This document shows positions 32,657 to 42,964 of a DNA stretch of 64,000 bases, piece by piece. Position 1 is the first letter of the stretch. Every line of letters starts with the position of its first letter. Origin of the DNA: Nitrososphaeraceae archaeon (GTDB lineage: Archaea > Thermoproteota > Nitrososphaeria > Nitrososphaerales > Nitrososphaeraceae); contig DATFEP010000025.1 in NCBI GenBank assembly GCA_035250975.1, positions 20,835 through 84,834 of the forward strand. Reading direction: 5' to 3'. A program made the position numbers and the translations under genes. Below the pieces are notes generated by a model that was not told the origin of the DNA, did not search any database, and was given only the letters and a program-made list of their open reading frames with translations.

Positions 32657-33580
32657 TTACCATACTGGTGTTACCCATTGACGGTACTTTTCGTTTGCAC
32701 TACTTGCTGAAACTATCTTTTGGTATAAATCCCGTATTGACCTTGTTATCTCTCCTTCTTTACCTTTGCTAATTTCTTTCCCATCTACGCTTATTACAGC
32801 TACTATCTCTGCCGCTGTTCCTGTGAGAAAGATTTCATCTGCAACATATAGTTCAGTACGAGATATAGGTCTTTGAACTATTTCATAACCTAGATCTCTT
32901 GCTAGTGTTATGACAGTATCCCTTGTTATGCCTTCCAAAATTGATGAAGACATATCCGGGGTATAAATGACGTTGTTTCTAAGAATAAATATATTCTCCC
33001 CAGGAGCTTCGCTTACATTTCCTTCTCTATCCAACATTATTGCTTCATCATATCCATTTCTCTTGCATTCTTGTGTAGCCAATACCGAATTCAGATAATT
33101 TCCTCCTGCCTTTGCTATCGGTGGAGTGGAGCAATCATGGATTCTCCTCCAAGAAGAAACTCCTACTTTAATCCCTTCAGCATTAAAGTATTTATCAAAT
33201 GGAAAAACTATGATTACAGTATGAGTTGGAGATCTCAAGTTTACATTAAGATCTATACCATGTGTTCCAACAAACGTAATTGGTCTGATATAACAAGATT
33301 GTCTCATGTTACATTTTTGCAGTAATTCTATTATTCCATTCATTACCTCTTCTACGGAATGATTAATAGTGATTGAATAGATTGAAGCAGACTGAAAAAC
33401 CCTTTCAACATGTTCTCTTAATTTAAAAATATATAGATTATCCTGAGAACTATAAGCTCTAATCCCCTCAAAAACAGAAGTTCCATAATGTAATGCATGA
33501 GTTGTTATTGGAACTTGGGCCTTATCCCATTCAATAAATTCCCCATTAAACCATACATACTGAGCTCCTTTAGTTTTCAT
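32657..33580 (-). CDS. ilvE: Branched-chain amino acid aminotransferase
   Basis: HALHYGTSVFEGIR, AKAGGNY, ILEGITR, GTAAE. Confidence 0.95.
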   Translation of the reverse strand: MKTKGAQYVWFNGEFIEWDKAQVPITTHALHYGTSVFEGIRAYSSQDNLYIFKLREHVERVFQSASIYSITINHSVEEVMNGIIELLQKCNMRQSCYIRPITFVGTHGIDLNVNLRSPTHTVIIVFPFDKYFNAEGIKVGVSSWRRIHDCSTPPIAKAGGNYLNSVLATQECKRNGYDEAIMLDREGNVSEAPGENIFILRNNVIYTPDMSSSILEGITRDTVITLARDLGYEIVQRPISRTELYVADEIFLTGTAAEIVAVISVDGKEISKGKEGEITRSIRDLYQKIVSASSANEKYRQWVTPVW

Positions 33581-33628
33581 ATTTAAGAAACGTAAATTAG
33601 AGAATTAATAAAAGTTTTCTTTAGTTTG

Positions 33629-34291
33629 CTAAAAAAAACCTCTCCTCGGAAATTTTACTCCAAATATTTTTATTGTTTCATCCTGTGCAGTTGCAAACTT
33701 GTCGATAATACTCCAATTTTCTTTGATTATCTTCACTACCCTAGCTGGTAATTTATCTTCCCACATTTCACCCTTCTTTAAATTTTCTCTTATTCTGCTT
33801 TCAGTATTCTTGTTTCTGGATCTGACGCCAGTAGCTTCTTTATAGATTAGCTCCTTGATATGGCTTGCAGAAATAGGAAGCCTCTTTGCTTTGATTGGAT
33901 TGAATCTATATAATCTAAGTGCATATCGTTCCACAGGGTCACCTGTGTATGAGATAAATTTTTTTTCAGAAATTGTATTTACGACTTGTTCTCTTATCTT
34001 CCATGAATAGGGTGAAAAAATTGGTGGAAAATATTTAATAAATGGTGAGTAAAACGTGTAATTTGGAGATATAAAAATATCATTATCATTAGGAAATACC
34101 TCACTGATCATCAATTTTCTTAACTCATACGAAAAAGGAAAACTTCTTGTGTTGATTTCTTTCCCATTTAATAAAAATCTCACAGGGAAGATATATACCA
34201 TGTATTTCTTTTTCAGCCTGTTTATTATTTCCTCATGAGCTTTTGTAAAAGGGTTAAGATGCGCAAGGTACAGTGCCGCAATTTTATCCAT
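33629..34291 (-). CDS. HUP-fold nucleotidyltransferase-like protein
   Basis: HLNPFTKAH (HxGH-like), PFSYELR, ISASHIK. Confidence 0.7.
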   Translation of the reverse strand: MDKIAALYLAHLNPFTKAHEEIINRLKKKYMVYIFPVRFLLNGKEINTRSFPFSYELRKLMISEVFPNDNDIFISPNYTFYSPFIKYFPPIFSPYSWKIREQVVNTISEKKFISYTGDPVERYALRLYRFNPIKAKRLPISASHIKELIYKEATGVRSRNKNTESRIRENLKKGEMWEDKLPARVVKIIKENWSIIDKFATAQDETIKIFGVKFPRRGFF

Positions 34292-34369
34292 TTAAATCAT
34301 TTTCAAATCACAATAAATACTGATAAGATATAAAGACATGCAAAATCCAAAAATTGATGTTAGTTTTAT

Positions 34370-34404
34370 TAACTAACTAACTAACTAACTATCTATCTAT
34401 CTAT
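34370..34404. repeat. Compound microsatellite (TAAC)5(TATC)3
   Basis: Read directly, just downstream of alba. Confidence 0.9.
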
Positions 34405-34412
34405 TGATTATC

Positions 34413-34736
34413 TTATGTCCTTTTGACTTCTATTTCTATGGTTGAAACATTTCTAGTTCTTCCGTCTTCAGATTGTACGGTTTCAGAACCAATCTTCACA
34501 TCTCCTACCACATAACCAGCATTTTCCATTCTCTTCAATATGATTTGAGATACGTCTACTGCTCTTCCTATACTCAATCCTCTTGCCTTTATTGTTACTG
34601 TAGGTTGGTTCGCGAGTTGAATTAATGTTGATGTAACGTATGCCATTAATGGTTTTTTACCAATGTATATTGCATCTCTCAAATGAACTTGGTTGGGTTG
34701 TGTTTCTGTAACATTTTCATGTGCTTCTTCAGACAT
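34413..34736 (-). CDS. albA: Chromatin protein Alba
   Basis: IGKKPLMAYV, IKARGLSIGRAVDV, NVSTIEI; start trimmed to ATG 34736. Confidence 0.95.
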   Translation of the reverse strand: MSEEAHENVTETQPNQVHLRDAIYIGKKPLMAYVTSTLIQLANQPTVTIKARGLSIGRAVDVSQIILKRMENAGYVVGDVKIGSETVQSEDGRTRNVSTIEIEVKRT

Positions 34737-34847
34737 AGTAGATGTATTTGAAAAGGATAATTTAAATCTAAAAGTCATTTCCAGGTATTTTTCTAGATAA
34801 AGAAATAATCTCTTAATTAAAATAGCGTTGTACCTAAGGTCTAACTG

Positions 34848-35633
34848 ATGAAAAAAGAAAGAAACAAACAAGTCAATCGAGAACATTCTTTTAAAATTTT
34901 AACATCAAAATCACATATATCGAATTTATTTCAAACTGGTGAATTACGATTTTTTTTCAGCATTTTGATTGTGATTTCTATCTCATTTGCACTTTTTTTC
35001 ATCCCAGATATTGAAACAGAAGGTTATGATCAAAAACATCCGAAAAGTGATACTGATTTTTTTAGATTGGTATTTGCTGAAGAGATAAACGGAACAGAGA
35101 ACGCAGATAATATTACTGGTACTATTAATCAGGATACTATTAAAGGACTTGGAGGAAATGATACTCTATATGGAAGAGAAGCAGGCGACGACGTAAGTGG
35201 TGGAAACGGATCTGATGTAATTTTTGGAGGAGATGGAAGAGATTTCTTACGTGGAAAAACTGGTGACGATCAACTAGATGGTGGAAAAGGAAATGATAGA
35301 TTATTTGGAGACAAGGGTAATGATGTATTAGTAGGTGGCAGCGGTAACGATACATTGATTGGAGGTCCTGGACAAGATAGATTTATTTGTAATAATGGAA
35401 GAGACACAATCATTGATTTTAATCAGACACAAGGTGATGTCATTCCGAATAAGGATTGTGAAATCATAAACAATTCTAATAATTATCCGACAAAAGATAC
35501 AAAGCCCTCAAACCAACAAAAAATCTCTGGATTAGAAAATCAAAAGATTGATGACGTATCTAAACAAAAAACTGAAGATAATGGTGGTCAAACAAACGAT
35601 CCTGCCTCTAACATATTCGGATTCTTTAAATGA
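34848..35633 (+). CDS. Membrane-anchored Ca-binding (hemolysin/RTX-type GGxGxD repeat) protein
   Basis: N-terminal TM segment followed by ~9-10 GGxGxDxLx nonapeptides. Confidence 0.88.
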   Translation: MKKERNKQVNREHSFKILTSKSHISNLFQTGELRFFFSILIVISISFALFFIPDIETEGYDQKHPKSDTDFFRLVFAEEINGTENADNITGTINQDTIKGLGGNDTLYGREAGDDVSGGNGSDVIFGGDGRDFLRGKTGDDQLDGGKGNDRLFGDKGNDVLVGGSGNDTLIGGPGQDRFICNNGRDTIIDFNQTQGDVIPNKDCEIINNSNNYPTKDTKPSNQQKISGLENQKIDDVSKQKTEDNGGQTNDPASNIFGFFK

Positions 35634-36825
35634 TCGAATATATAGACATAGAGGAATTTCAATTTTTTCTACGAAATTTAAAGAGATTAACCAAGGTTTG
35701 ATCCAATTGGAAAAAATAAAATAAATAAAATAAATTTGGTTAGTCCAAATCTTTATAAAATATTTATTGATAAAATTTGAGATTTTTTAGATAGGGATCT
35801 TTCATACGTTCAAATAACTGTTCTCGATTATCGTCTGTCACTCTATCCATATCGGCATTTTGTTTCAAGTCATCTAGTGTCTGATCTGACAAATCATCCA
35901 CTTATCAATTTCTTTGACAAATGTAACCTGAGATACATAATATAAAAGAGATAGATAAATAGGATGAGCTGGAAGATTACGTTTTAGACGCTATCAACGA
36001 GAACATCAATATTGATGCCTATGATGGATTAGATAAAGACCATATATTTGAAGCAAGTAGAAACTTGTAAAGAAGGCCATCTTAATTTTTATTCATTTTG
36101 TCTTCAAAATCTGCATAATAAAAATATCAAATTTTGCTAAAGTAACAATATTGTTAATTTTGTTTATATCTCTTTTGGACATTCGCATGATATGAAGTAG
36201 TCATTTTCAAGGTACGTTAATAATATGGACAATTGTAATTATTTATCTTTAGTGTTATGGTGATTTCTGTTAGTCACACTATTGAAATTAGTGCAGAATA
36301 ATATTATCTTTTTTTTATTGTTGAATTATTGCCTCAAGTATTTTGAGTATCGAGTATGTTGTAGTCTGTATCCTTGTAAGTGTTCTATCTTCAATAAATA
36401 ACGCTTCATCATTTTTTATCTACTGCCTAAAATAAAAAGAATTGTTCTCCATGCATCCTGTAAATTTTTAAATCATTTGTGCCTGTTCAAAGTCTGAATG
36501 TAATAATAATTCTAAACTAAAACACAGAAAAGAAACAGCTTCTTTTCTAGATATATACCTTATTACTTTCAGTTTTTTTCATTAAACTAACTACATGTCT
36601 CGTAATGCAAAGGATGTATAAAAATCTGCTGACTAGATGTGATATCCTTCTAAATGTCTTAGACTTGAATGAAGAATTATCTTTTCTCCAATTATGCTTG
36701 ATATCATCTTGTCGGACCTATTTTGTTTTTATTGTAGGTAGATGAGCTATTTTTTGGTTTTGTTCTGAATAATTCTATAGTCTTCATAACACATAAATAT
36801 AAAATATTTAAAGAAGATAATTACA

Positions 36826-38109
36826 ATGAATATTAAAATTTTGTTAATAGTTATATCTATTACTTTTCTAATTGGTGTATTATCATTTCTAGAACCTTTT
36901 TCTTATTATGGACCAGTATCCGGTCAAGAAATATCTGATTCAATTGAAAAATCTAAAGATGACTCAAATTTAAGTCTCGAAGATATATTTAATCGTACAT
37001 CCAACTCTGTTGTTCAAATTACAATTATAGATCCATCATCCGGATTGGAAAAAGGCTTAGGTTCTGGTTTCGTTTTCGACAAAAACGGGCATATAATAAC
37101 AAACAATCATGTAGTTCCTATTGATCAAAAATTAGCTCAATATATAGTAACTTTCCCAAACGGAAATACATATAATGCAGAAATTGTAGGAAAAGATCAA
37201 TTTAGCGACCTCGCTGTAGTAAAAATCTCCAATTTTTCGCCTTCTGATTTGATCCCACTTCCGTTAGGATATTCATCCACTCTTAAAGTTGGAAATACTG
37301 TAGTTGCGATTGGAAATCCATTTGGACTTTCTGGTTCCCTGACTGTAGGTGTAGTAAGTGGCTTGGGCAGATTGCTTCCATCATCAGAAGAAAATAGTGA
37401 TGGTTCTCCTTTTGGACCATCGCCTGCAATGACCTTCAATATTCCTGATGTCATACAAACAGATGCTGCTATAAATCCTGGTAATTCTGGAGGACCTCTT
37501 TTGAATTTAAAGGGCGAAGTAATCGGGGTCAACTCTGCAATTTTTTCAAATACAGGTCTATATTCAGGAATTGGATTTGCAGTTCCATCTGATATTGTAA
37601 AGAAGGTCGCTCCTTCCATAATTGCAACGGGAAAATATTCTCATCCTTATCTTGGAGTGGTAGGGATGGATGTCACGCCTTCTCTAGCAAAACTATTCGG
37701 ATTAGAAAAGACGGCAGGATTTTTGGTGACTGGCCTAAGTGAAGATAGTCCAGCAGCAAAGTCAGGTCTGCGGGAGGGTACAATATCTTACAACAACAGA
37801 GGCGAGTTTATAGATGCACAAGGAGATATAATTGTTGGAATAGATGGAAATCCTGTTAGAAAAATAGATGATATACTTACTCATTTAGAAAAAGAGAAAA
37901 AAGTGGGCGATAAAGTTATTTTAACTTTAATTCGCGACAAGAAATTTATAAATGTGGAATTACAGCTGGGAGAAAGACCTACTCACTCTGATATTTCTAG
38001 ATCTGGTACAGAATTGTTTGATGATTCACAATCCAAATCTTCAAACGGTGGTATGTATTCAGAATGTTTGAAGATTATGCCAAAGAGTTTATGCGATCTA
38101 CTTCGATGA
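36826..38109 (+). CDS. htrA: HtrA/DegP serine protease with PDZ domain
   Basis: GSGFV, TNNHVV, DLAVV, QTDAAINPGNSGGPL, C-terminal PDZ. Confidence 0.95.
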   Translation: MNIKILLIVISITFLIGVLSFLEPFSYYGPVSGQEISDSIEKSKDDSNLSLEDIFNRTSNSVVQITIIDPSSGLEKGLGSGFVFDKNGHIITNNHVVPIDQKLAQYIVTFPNGNTYNAEIVGKDQFSDLAVVKISNFSPSDLIPLPLGYSSTLKVGNTVVAIGNPFGLSGSLTVGVVSGLGRLLPSSEENSDGSPFGPSPAMTFNIPDVIQTDAAINPGNSGGPLLNLKGEVIGVNSAIFSNTGLYSGIGFAVPSDIVKKVAPSIIATGKYSHPYLGVVGMDVTPSLAKLFGLEKTAGFLVTGLSEDSPAAKSGLREGTISYNNRGEFIDAQGDIIVGIDGNPVRKIDDILTHLEKEKKVGDKVILTLIRDKKFINVELQLGERPTHSDISRSGTELFDDSQSKSSNGGMYSECLKIMPKSLCDLLR

Positions 38110-38700
38110 TTTACACTATTCAGTAGTACGAATTTAAGTTATACAACTCACTAGATTTCAATTTTTGACAAATTTTCCATCAACCTAGGCAAATAACAAA
38201 ATACGGTTCAATCAATAAATAAAATTCGTAGATTGCTCATGAAAATTCTGATAAAAATAAAATATAAAGATTAATATTCTATTCAATGATATGTTATTGA
38301 TTCGCAACTATGTAATCCGATTACTCACTATTTGTACTCTTTGGTCGGATCTAATTAACAATATTTAATTGATAGATTTAACACAAGTTAAAATCAGATA
38401 AAGAGGAAAGTGAAAATTTTTAATTTTTACCTTTATCTAAAGATCTTTTTCTGTCTCTCCGGTTTCCGTCTAATCAAAACAGAAAGTCTACTAATACCTC
38501 AATTTCAACTCCCATTTTGGAGAATTGATCAAAATATTGATATTGATAAGAATGCTATTCAAGCTGAACATTTGGCAATATTCAGAAAACAATATTTCTT
38601 GAAAAAGATAAAGATAACTATTATGAAGATTCTTTTTGGGTTGCCAGAATCTAGTTAATAGAAAGATAAGTTCACATAGGACAAACGATAAACAAAAGTA

Positions 38701-39411
38701 ATGAATTTTTTCCGTAATGTAAGGGTATTTTTTACTAAATTGGTAAAAGGTAATTCACATTTTTATGATTCTACCGAAAATAAAATTAGCAATTCATACA
38801 TAGATAGTGAATCTATCTCGTCCTTGTCTTCCGCATCACTAAAGCTAGAGAGTAATCTTGGAATAAAAAGTACAGGAAGGTGTGGAATATGTGTAAAAGA
38901 TGTAAATTTAGAATCGTTTAATGATATGAAGAAATATGTTGAAAATTTTCTAGGCATAGCTTCCGATGAAAAAAAAAATGAAAATCTATCCTTTTCCTTT
39001 AATTCCTTTCTTGATGAATATAATTATCTTTGGTTTATATTAAATGGACAAAAAATTGAAGATGTAGTGGCTGGAATTAATGCGGTGGGAGATACTATTC
39101 ACGAAAAGGGATTCTCTCGACAATTGCTTGCTGCTGTTTTTGAGTTCACGAGTGGATATGAAAGTCGTAACGAAGAGGCACGGAATGTTGTTGAAGGTAT
39201 GGACGATAATAATAAGGCCAGTCAATACCTTATCTATAATTATAAGCGTGACAATTTCTATCCTTTTGTTCCTACCGGTACTACATCGCAGAATGGAAAA
39301 AGAAAAAGGGATAACCAGATGGAAGTAAAAATAATGAAGGAGATTTCAAATGAAATACCATTTGAAGAAGACCTTTCTCGATGGTATCCCATATGGAATA
39401 TACCCTTTTAA
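38701..39411 (+). CDS. PspA-associated protein PspAB
   Basis: DEYNYLW, GFSRQLLAAVF, YLIYNYKRDNFYPF, EEDLSRWYPIW; adjacent to pspA. Confidence 0.8.
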   Translation: MNFFRNVRVFFTKLVKGNSHFYDSTENKISNSYIDSESISSLSSASLKLESNLGIKSTGRCGICVKDVNLESFNDMKKYVENFLGIASDEKKNENLSFSFNSFLDEYNYLWFILNGQKIEDVVAGINAVGDTIHEKGFSRQLLAAVFEFTSGYESRNEEARNVVEGMDDNNKASQYLIYNYKRDNFYPFVPTGTTSQNGKRKRDNQMEVKIMKEISNEIPFEEDLSRWYPIWNIPF

Positions 39412-39585
39412 AATAGAAATATATTTAGTAGAATTTTAAATATGTGAATCTAGACAATAAAATATGAATGACGACATTCTGACTAAAATAAAAACAGAAA
39501 ATGAAACATTCAGAGATCGTATCGATAAAAAAAAATAGATCTAATTAAAATATAAAAATAAAAAAAATTTCCTTATTGATTGTTT

Positions 39586-39927
39586 TTAACTATCTGGAAT
39601 TAAACCTTCTTCCTTGAAGATTTTTTTTAGGTCTCTCAAACCGAGATCCTGGTTGGGTATAATAATATCTGATGAGATTATCTCAGAGTTCTTAAGTTTT
39701 TCACCTTTTGAAGTAACTAGATCATTCATTTCTTCAATCTTTTCATGTATCTTCTTTTCGTTATCGATAGGATATTCACCTTCAGAGCTACTATTTTTTT
39801 TGACCAAGTCTACTATCTCATTATCTAATGTATTGACTTTGTGAACTACTTCACTACTTACTTTAAATTGACCTTTACCGGTTATTCTGATTATTTGAAC
39901 TTGGCTTTCATAAGACATTAGTATCAC
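39586..39927 (-). CDS. PspA-associated protein PspAA
   Basis: IIRITGKGQFKV, SDIIIP..DL, EGLIPD; directly downstream of pspA. Confidence 0.82.
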   Translation of the reverse strand: MILMSYESQVQIIRITGKGQFKVSSEVVHKVNTLDNEIVDLVKKNSSSEGEYPIDNEKKIHEKIEEMNDLVTSKGEKLKNSEIISSDIIIPNQDLGLRDLKKIFKEEGLIPDS

Positions 39928-39938
39928 TACTCTGAAGT

Positions 39939-40652
39939 CTATGGATTATTTGTTTCAGCCTTCAATTTCGCTAGTTCTTCTTCGACTGCGCTATCTAGTG
40001 ATACTTTCTTGAGTTCTTTTTCTATATCTGTGTCATTTGGCTCGTAGGATTGTGTATAGTCTGTAAGTACTCCTGACTCCATCATTTCATCAAGAGCTTC
40101 TGCTTTAGCCTTCATCCTATCCGTCTTTTCTTCAACCCTGTTGAGAATCATCCCGATGTCTCCCATCTCTTCAGAGATTCCAGAAAGATTTTCTTTTATC
40201 TTGACCTGTGCTTCTGCGGCAGAATACTCTGCTTTTATCATCTCTTTTCTAGTTTTAAATTCATCAATTTTCGTCGTAAGACGTCGTTCAGCATCCTCTA
40301 ACTTTTCTTGGTCTCTCTGTATTCCCTCTATCTGTTTATCCAGGTTGTTTATCTGAATTGTGATAATATTCTTTCTCTCTAGTGCCATTTTTGCCAGGTC
40401 CTCTCTGTTAGATTTCAGTGAGCGGCGAGCCTGATCTTCCAATGTGGCGATGTTAGCAGCAAGTTTTGCTCTTTGCATCTCAAGTCGTTTCTTTGAAGTT
40501 ACAACTTCCGTAATATCTCGTCTTAACTTATTTATCAGCTCTTGTTGCTTCTCAAAAGAATAATTTAAAAGTTCTTCAGGATCTTCAAATTTTTCAGCAA
40601 TATTATGAGCTTTTGCCTTAAAAATTGATGTAAATCTTTCTAATAAACCCAT
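39939..40652 (-). CDS. pspA: PspA/IM30 family protein
   Basis: MGLLERF...EDP, long coiled coil, EDLAKMALERK, VEEELAKLK. Confidence 0.92.
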   Translation of the reverse strand: MGLLERFTSIFKAKAHNIAEKFEDPEELLNYSFEKQQELINKLRRDITEVVTSKKRLEMQRAKLAANIATLEDQARRSLKSNREDLAKMALERKNIITIQINNLDKQIEGIQRDQEKLEDAERRLTTKIDEFKTRKEMIKAEYSAAEAQVKIKENLSGISEEMGDIGMILNRVEEKTDRMKAKAEALDEMMESGVLTDYTQSYEPNDTDIEKELKKVSLDSAVEEELAKLKAETNNP

Positions 40653-40933
40653 CTTATTAAATAAAATACGAGAAGATTATATTAATGTTTATTGGTTCAT
40701 ATATTAGACAAGAATTGTTTTAGGTTTTTGAATGATATGTTAGTATCTAACAACTTAATACATAATAATTCTTGAGATCTGATATCATTTTCAATTTTTT
40801 TCCAGTTTATCTTTTAATTTAATAAGATAAGTATACTATAATTTTATATTGGAAAAGATATGCTATAAAATATGTATTTAAATTAATAATAATATTTTTA
40901 ACAACTACTTCAATTACATTCGTATATAAAAAT

Positions 40934-41380
40934 ATGATAAATCAAGTTTTTATATCCTGTAAGCGTCATAAAGAGATAAATATCGTTATCTTTTTTAGAA
41001 AAATATTGACATTCAAGATTATTATTCTAGGGATACTTATGATATTGATTTTTCATGCCCCTACTATTTTTGCTCTACCATATGGAAGCTATCAAAGCGA
41101 AAATTTCAAAATAACAAATATGACTGCAATATACAAGGGTAAATACATAGAAGACAATTATGAAATTCTTGGGATAATTGAAAATATAGGAAATGAAACT
41201 TCCAGTGAAATCCATCTAATAGCAACTATCTTTGACAAAAACAATAATTTGATTGGCGTTTATGAAACAATTCCTATTTTGGATATCAGCAAAAAAGGTA
41301 ATGATTCGCCATTTAGAATTGATATCTCTACTAACAGTTCATCGTTTGATCATTTTAACATAGAGATTGGTGGTAAATAA
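40934..41380 (+). CDS. Secreted FxLYD-like (Ig-fold) protein
   Basis: Hydrophobic leader, GIIENIG, ATIFDKNNNLIG, SPFRI. Confidence 0.7.
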   Translation: MINQVFISCKRHKEINIVIFFRKILTFKIIILGILMILIFHAPTIFALPYGSYQSENFKITNMTAIYKGKYIEDNYEILGIIENIGNETSSEIHLIATIFDKNNNLIGVYETIPILDISKKGNDSPFRIDISTNSSSFDHFNIEIGGK

Positions 41381-41796
41381 TACCTTTTATGATATATTTT
41401 GAAACCAAGAATATATTTTATCCCTGGAAAAGACATTTATCGATATTGAGTATGTAGAGTGCTATTGCCCTTGTGGCATAACAATTTTTATCTTCTATCA
41501 GAATTTTTTTCCTTGACAGTATCTTTAAGTTTGTTCTTCTTTCTTGTTATTATTCATTTTATTGTAATGGTGACCTTGGATGCCTATCTATTTGGATTTA
41601 ATAATTATTATTGTTTAACTATTCTATTATATGAAATGAATTGATGGTTTTAATTGTCAGAAAGTCTTTTATTCTATGGAAGTTTTTGTACTGTCGCTTA
41701 GAAAAATATTTTGATATTTGATATTATTGTGAATTGTGCTACGCTTTATTTTTCTTGTTTCCTTAAATAACTATAGCCTTAAGGAATAATTTAATA

Positions 41797-42294
41797 TTGG
41801 AAAGGTGTGATTTAAAATGTCCTATCTTGCTTCGATCTTCGTCAAAACGCATAATAGTATTAGCAACTCTTGTTATTCTTCTTGTAGTTGTAACCCTTGT
41901 AGTCATTGGCTTGATGTCAAGAGGTAACTATGTTCAATACAATCCTCTACAAACACCATACCCAAATTCTCCATATCCTTTCCCTGTTCCTGCACCTTAT
42001 CCTTATGGCTCGCCATTTCCAATCCCTTTTCCTCCTCCTATTCCATATGGAGGAGATGGTTTTGATTTTGATTTTCCTAGGGAAGAAGAACATCCACTCA
42101 CCCCAGAAGAGGACCTGCGTTCTTTTGATTCTCCATTCGAACGAGATGTTCCTTCATTTGGTGACCAATTTATCCCAGAAGAGGACCTGCGTTCTTTTGA
42201 TTCTCCATTCGAACGAGACTTTCCGTCATTTGATGACCAGTCTCCACTTATCCCTGAAGATGACCTAAGATTCGCAGATGATCTCTATAGATAG
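41797..42294 (+). CDS. Membrane-anchored Pro-rich/acidic repeat protein
   Basis: TM segment, PYP repeats, PEEDLRSFDSPFERD repeats. Confidence 0.7.
   Translation: MERCDLKCPILLRSSSKRIIVLATLVILLVVVTLVVIGLMSRGNYVQYNPLQTPYPNSPYPFPVPAPYPYGSPFPIPFPPPIPYGGDGFDFDFPREEEHPLTPEEDLRSFDSPFERDVPSFGDQFIPEEDLRSFDSPFERDFPSFDDQSPLIPEDDLRFADDLYR
42102..42270 (+). repeat. In-frame tandem repeat, 72-78 bp period, ~2.3 copies
   Basis: 45-bp identical core at 42102-42146 and 42174-42218; partial third copy near 42252. Confidence 0.9.
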
Positions 42295-42489
42295 ATATTA
42301 TTTATTAAACTGTCTTTTCTTTTTGGTTTTAAAATAGTCTGAGGCACAAATTTTTGACCTCAGTTTCGGCAACTGGTAATTACTTATACCGAAATATACT
42401 ATTATTCACCATTTTATTAGATAGGGTTATTTATAGAATATTCAGTAAAAACCAAATTTTATAAATGGAATAGAAATAATGATAAAATA

Positions 42490-42660
42490 ATGTCAGGAAT
42501 AAAAAAAGTACTCAATATCAAGGACATAATTATAATAATAATCTTGATTATTGTTGCAGCGATAATAATAAAACTCTTCAGCTCGTTAATAATTATTTTA
42601 ATTATTGCAATAGTTGGATATTTTATATATAAATGGTACATGCGTAATAGACTTAGGTAA
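42490..42660 (+). CDS. 56-aa small membrane protein
   Basis: Manual translation MSGIKKVLNIKDIIIIIILIIVAAIIIKLFSSLIIILIIAIVGYFIYKWYMRNRLR; hydrophobic hairpin with basic ends. Confidence 0.6.
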   Translation: MSGIKKVLNIKDIIIIIILIIVAAIIIKLFSSLIIILIIAIVGYFIYKWYMRNRLR

Positions 42661-42964
42661 TTTATCTTAGATTTGTTATCACAAACAGACTTTATGAATC
42701 TCTTTAAAACAACTTTGAAGTTGTTTCCCTGTATTCTAACATCAAGAAAACTATTGGTTGTTGGATATATTAAGTTACTATATTAGTCAACATTGCGTCT
42801 TCGCTGTAAAAATGTAAAAAGCAAGTTTTCAAGCACCATCAAATCGCTGTATTCAAGAGAGTAAATGGTTTTTGTTAATGTGTATAAAATTATATAATTT
42901 TTCTTCAAAATCATAAGAGAATCAATTGAGAAAAAATATATATATTAAGATATTACAATGAAAA

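Noticed and set aside
34370-34404. Microsatellite as a phase-variation switch
   Set aside because: Intergenic, just after the alba stop; no evidence it overlaps a coding frame or core promoter
34737-34886. Long N-terminal extension of Alba given by the ORF track
   Set aside because: Overlaps the divergent gene and promoter region; ATG 34736 gives a normal-sized Alba
36270-36730. Possible IS5-like transposase relic (LRHLEG-like peptide on the minus strand)
   Set aside because: Too degraded; no ends identifiable without a search
42102-42270. Repeat-spacer-like pattern suggesting a mini CRISPR array
   Set aside because: In-frame coding repeats with mutually similar 'spacers', only ~2 copies, no cas genes
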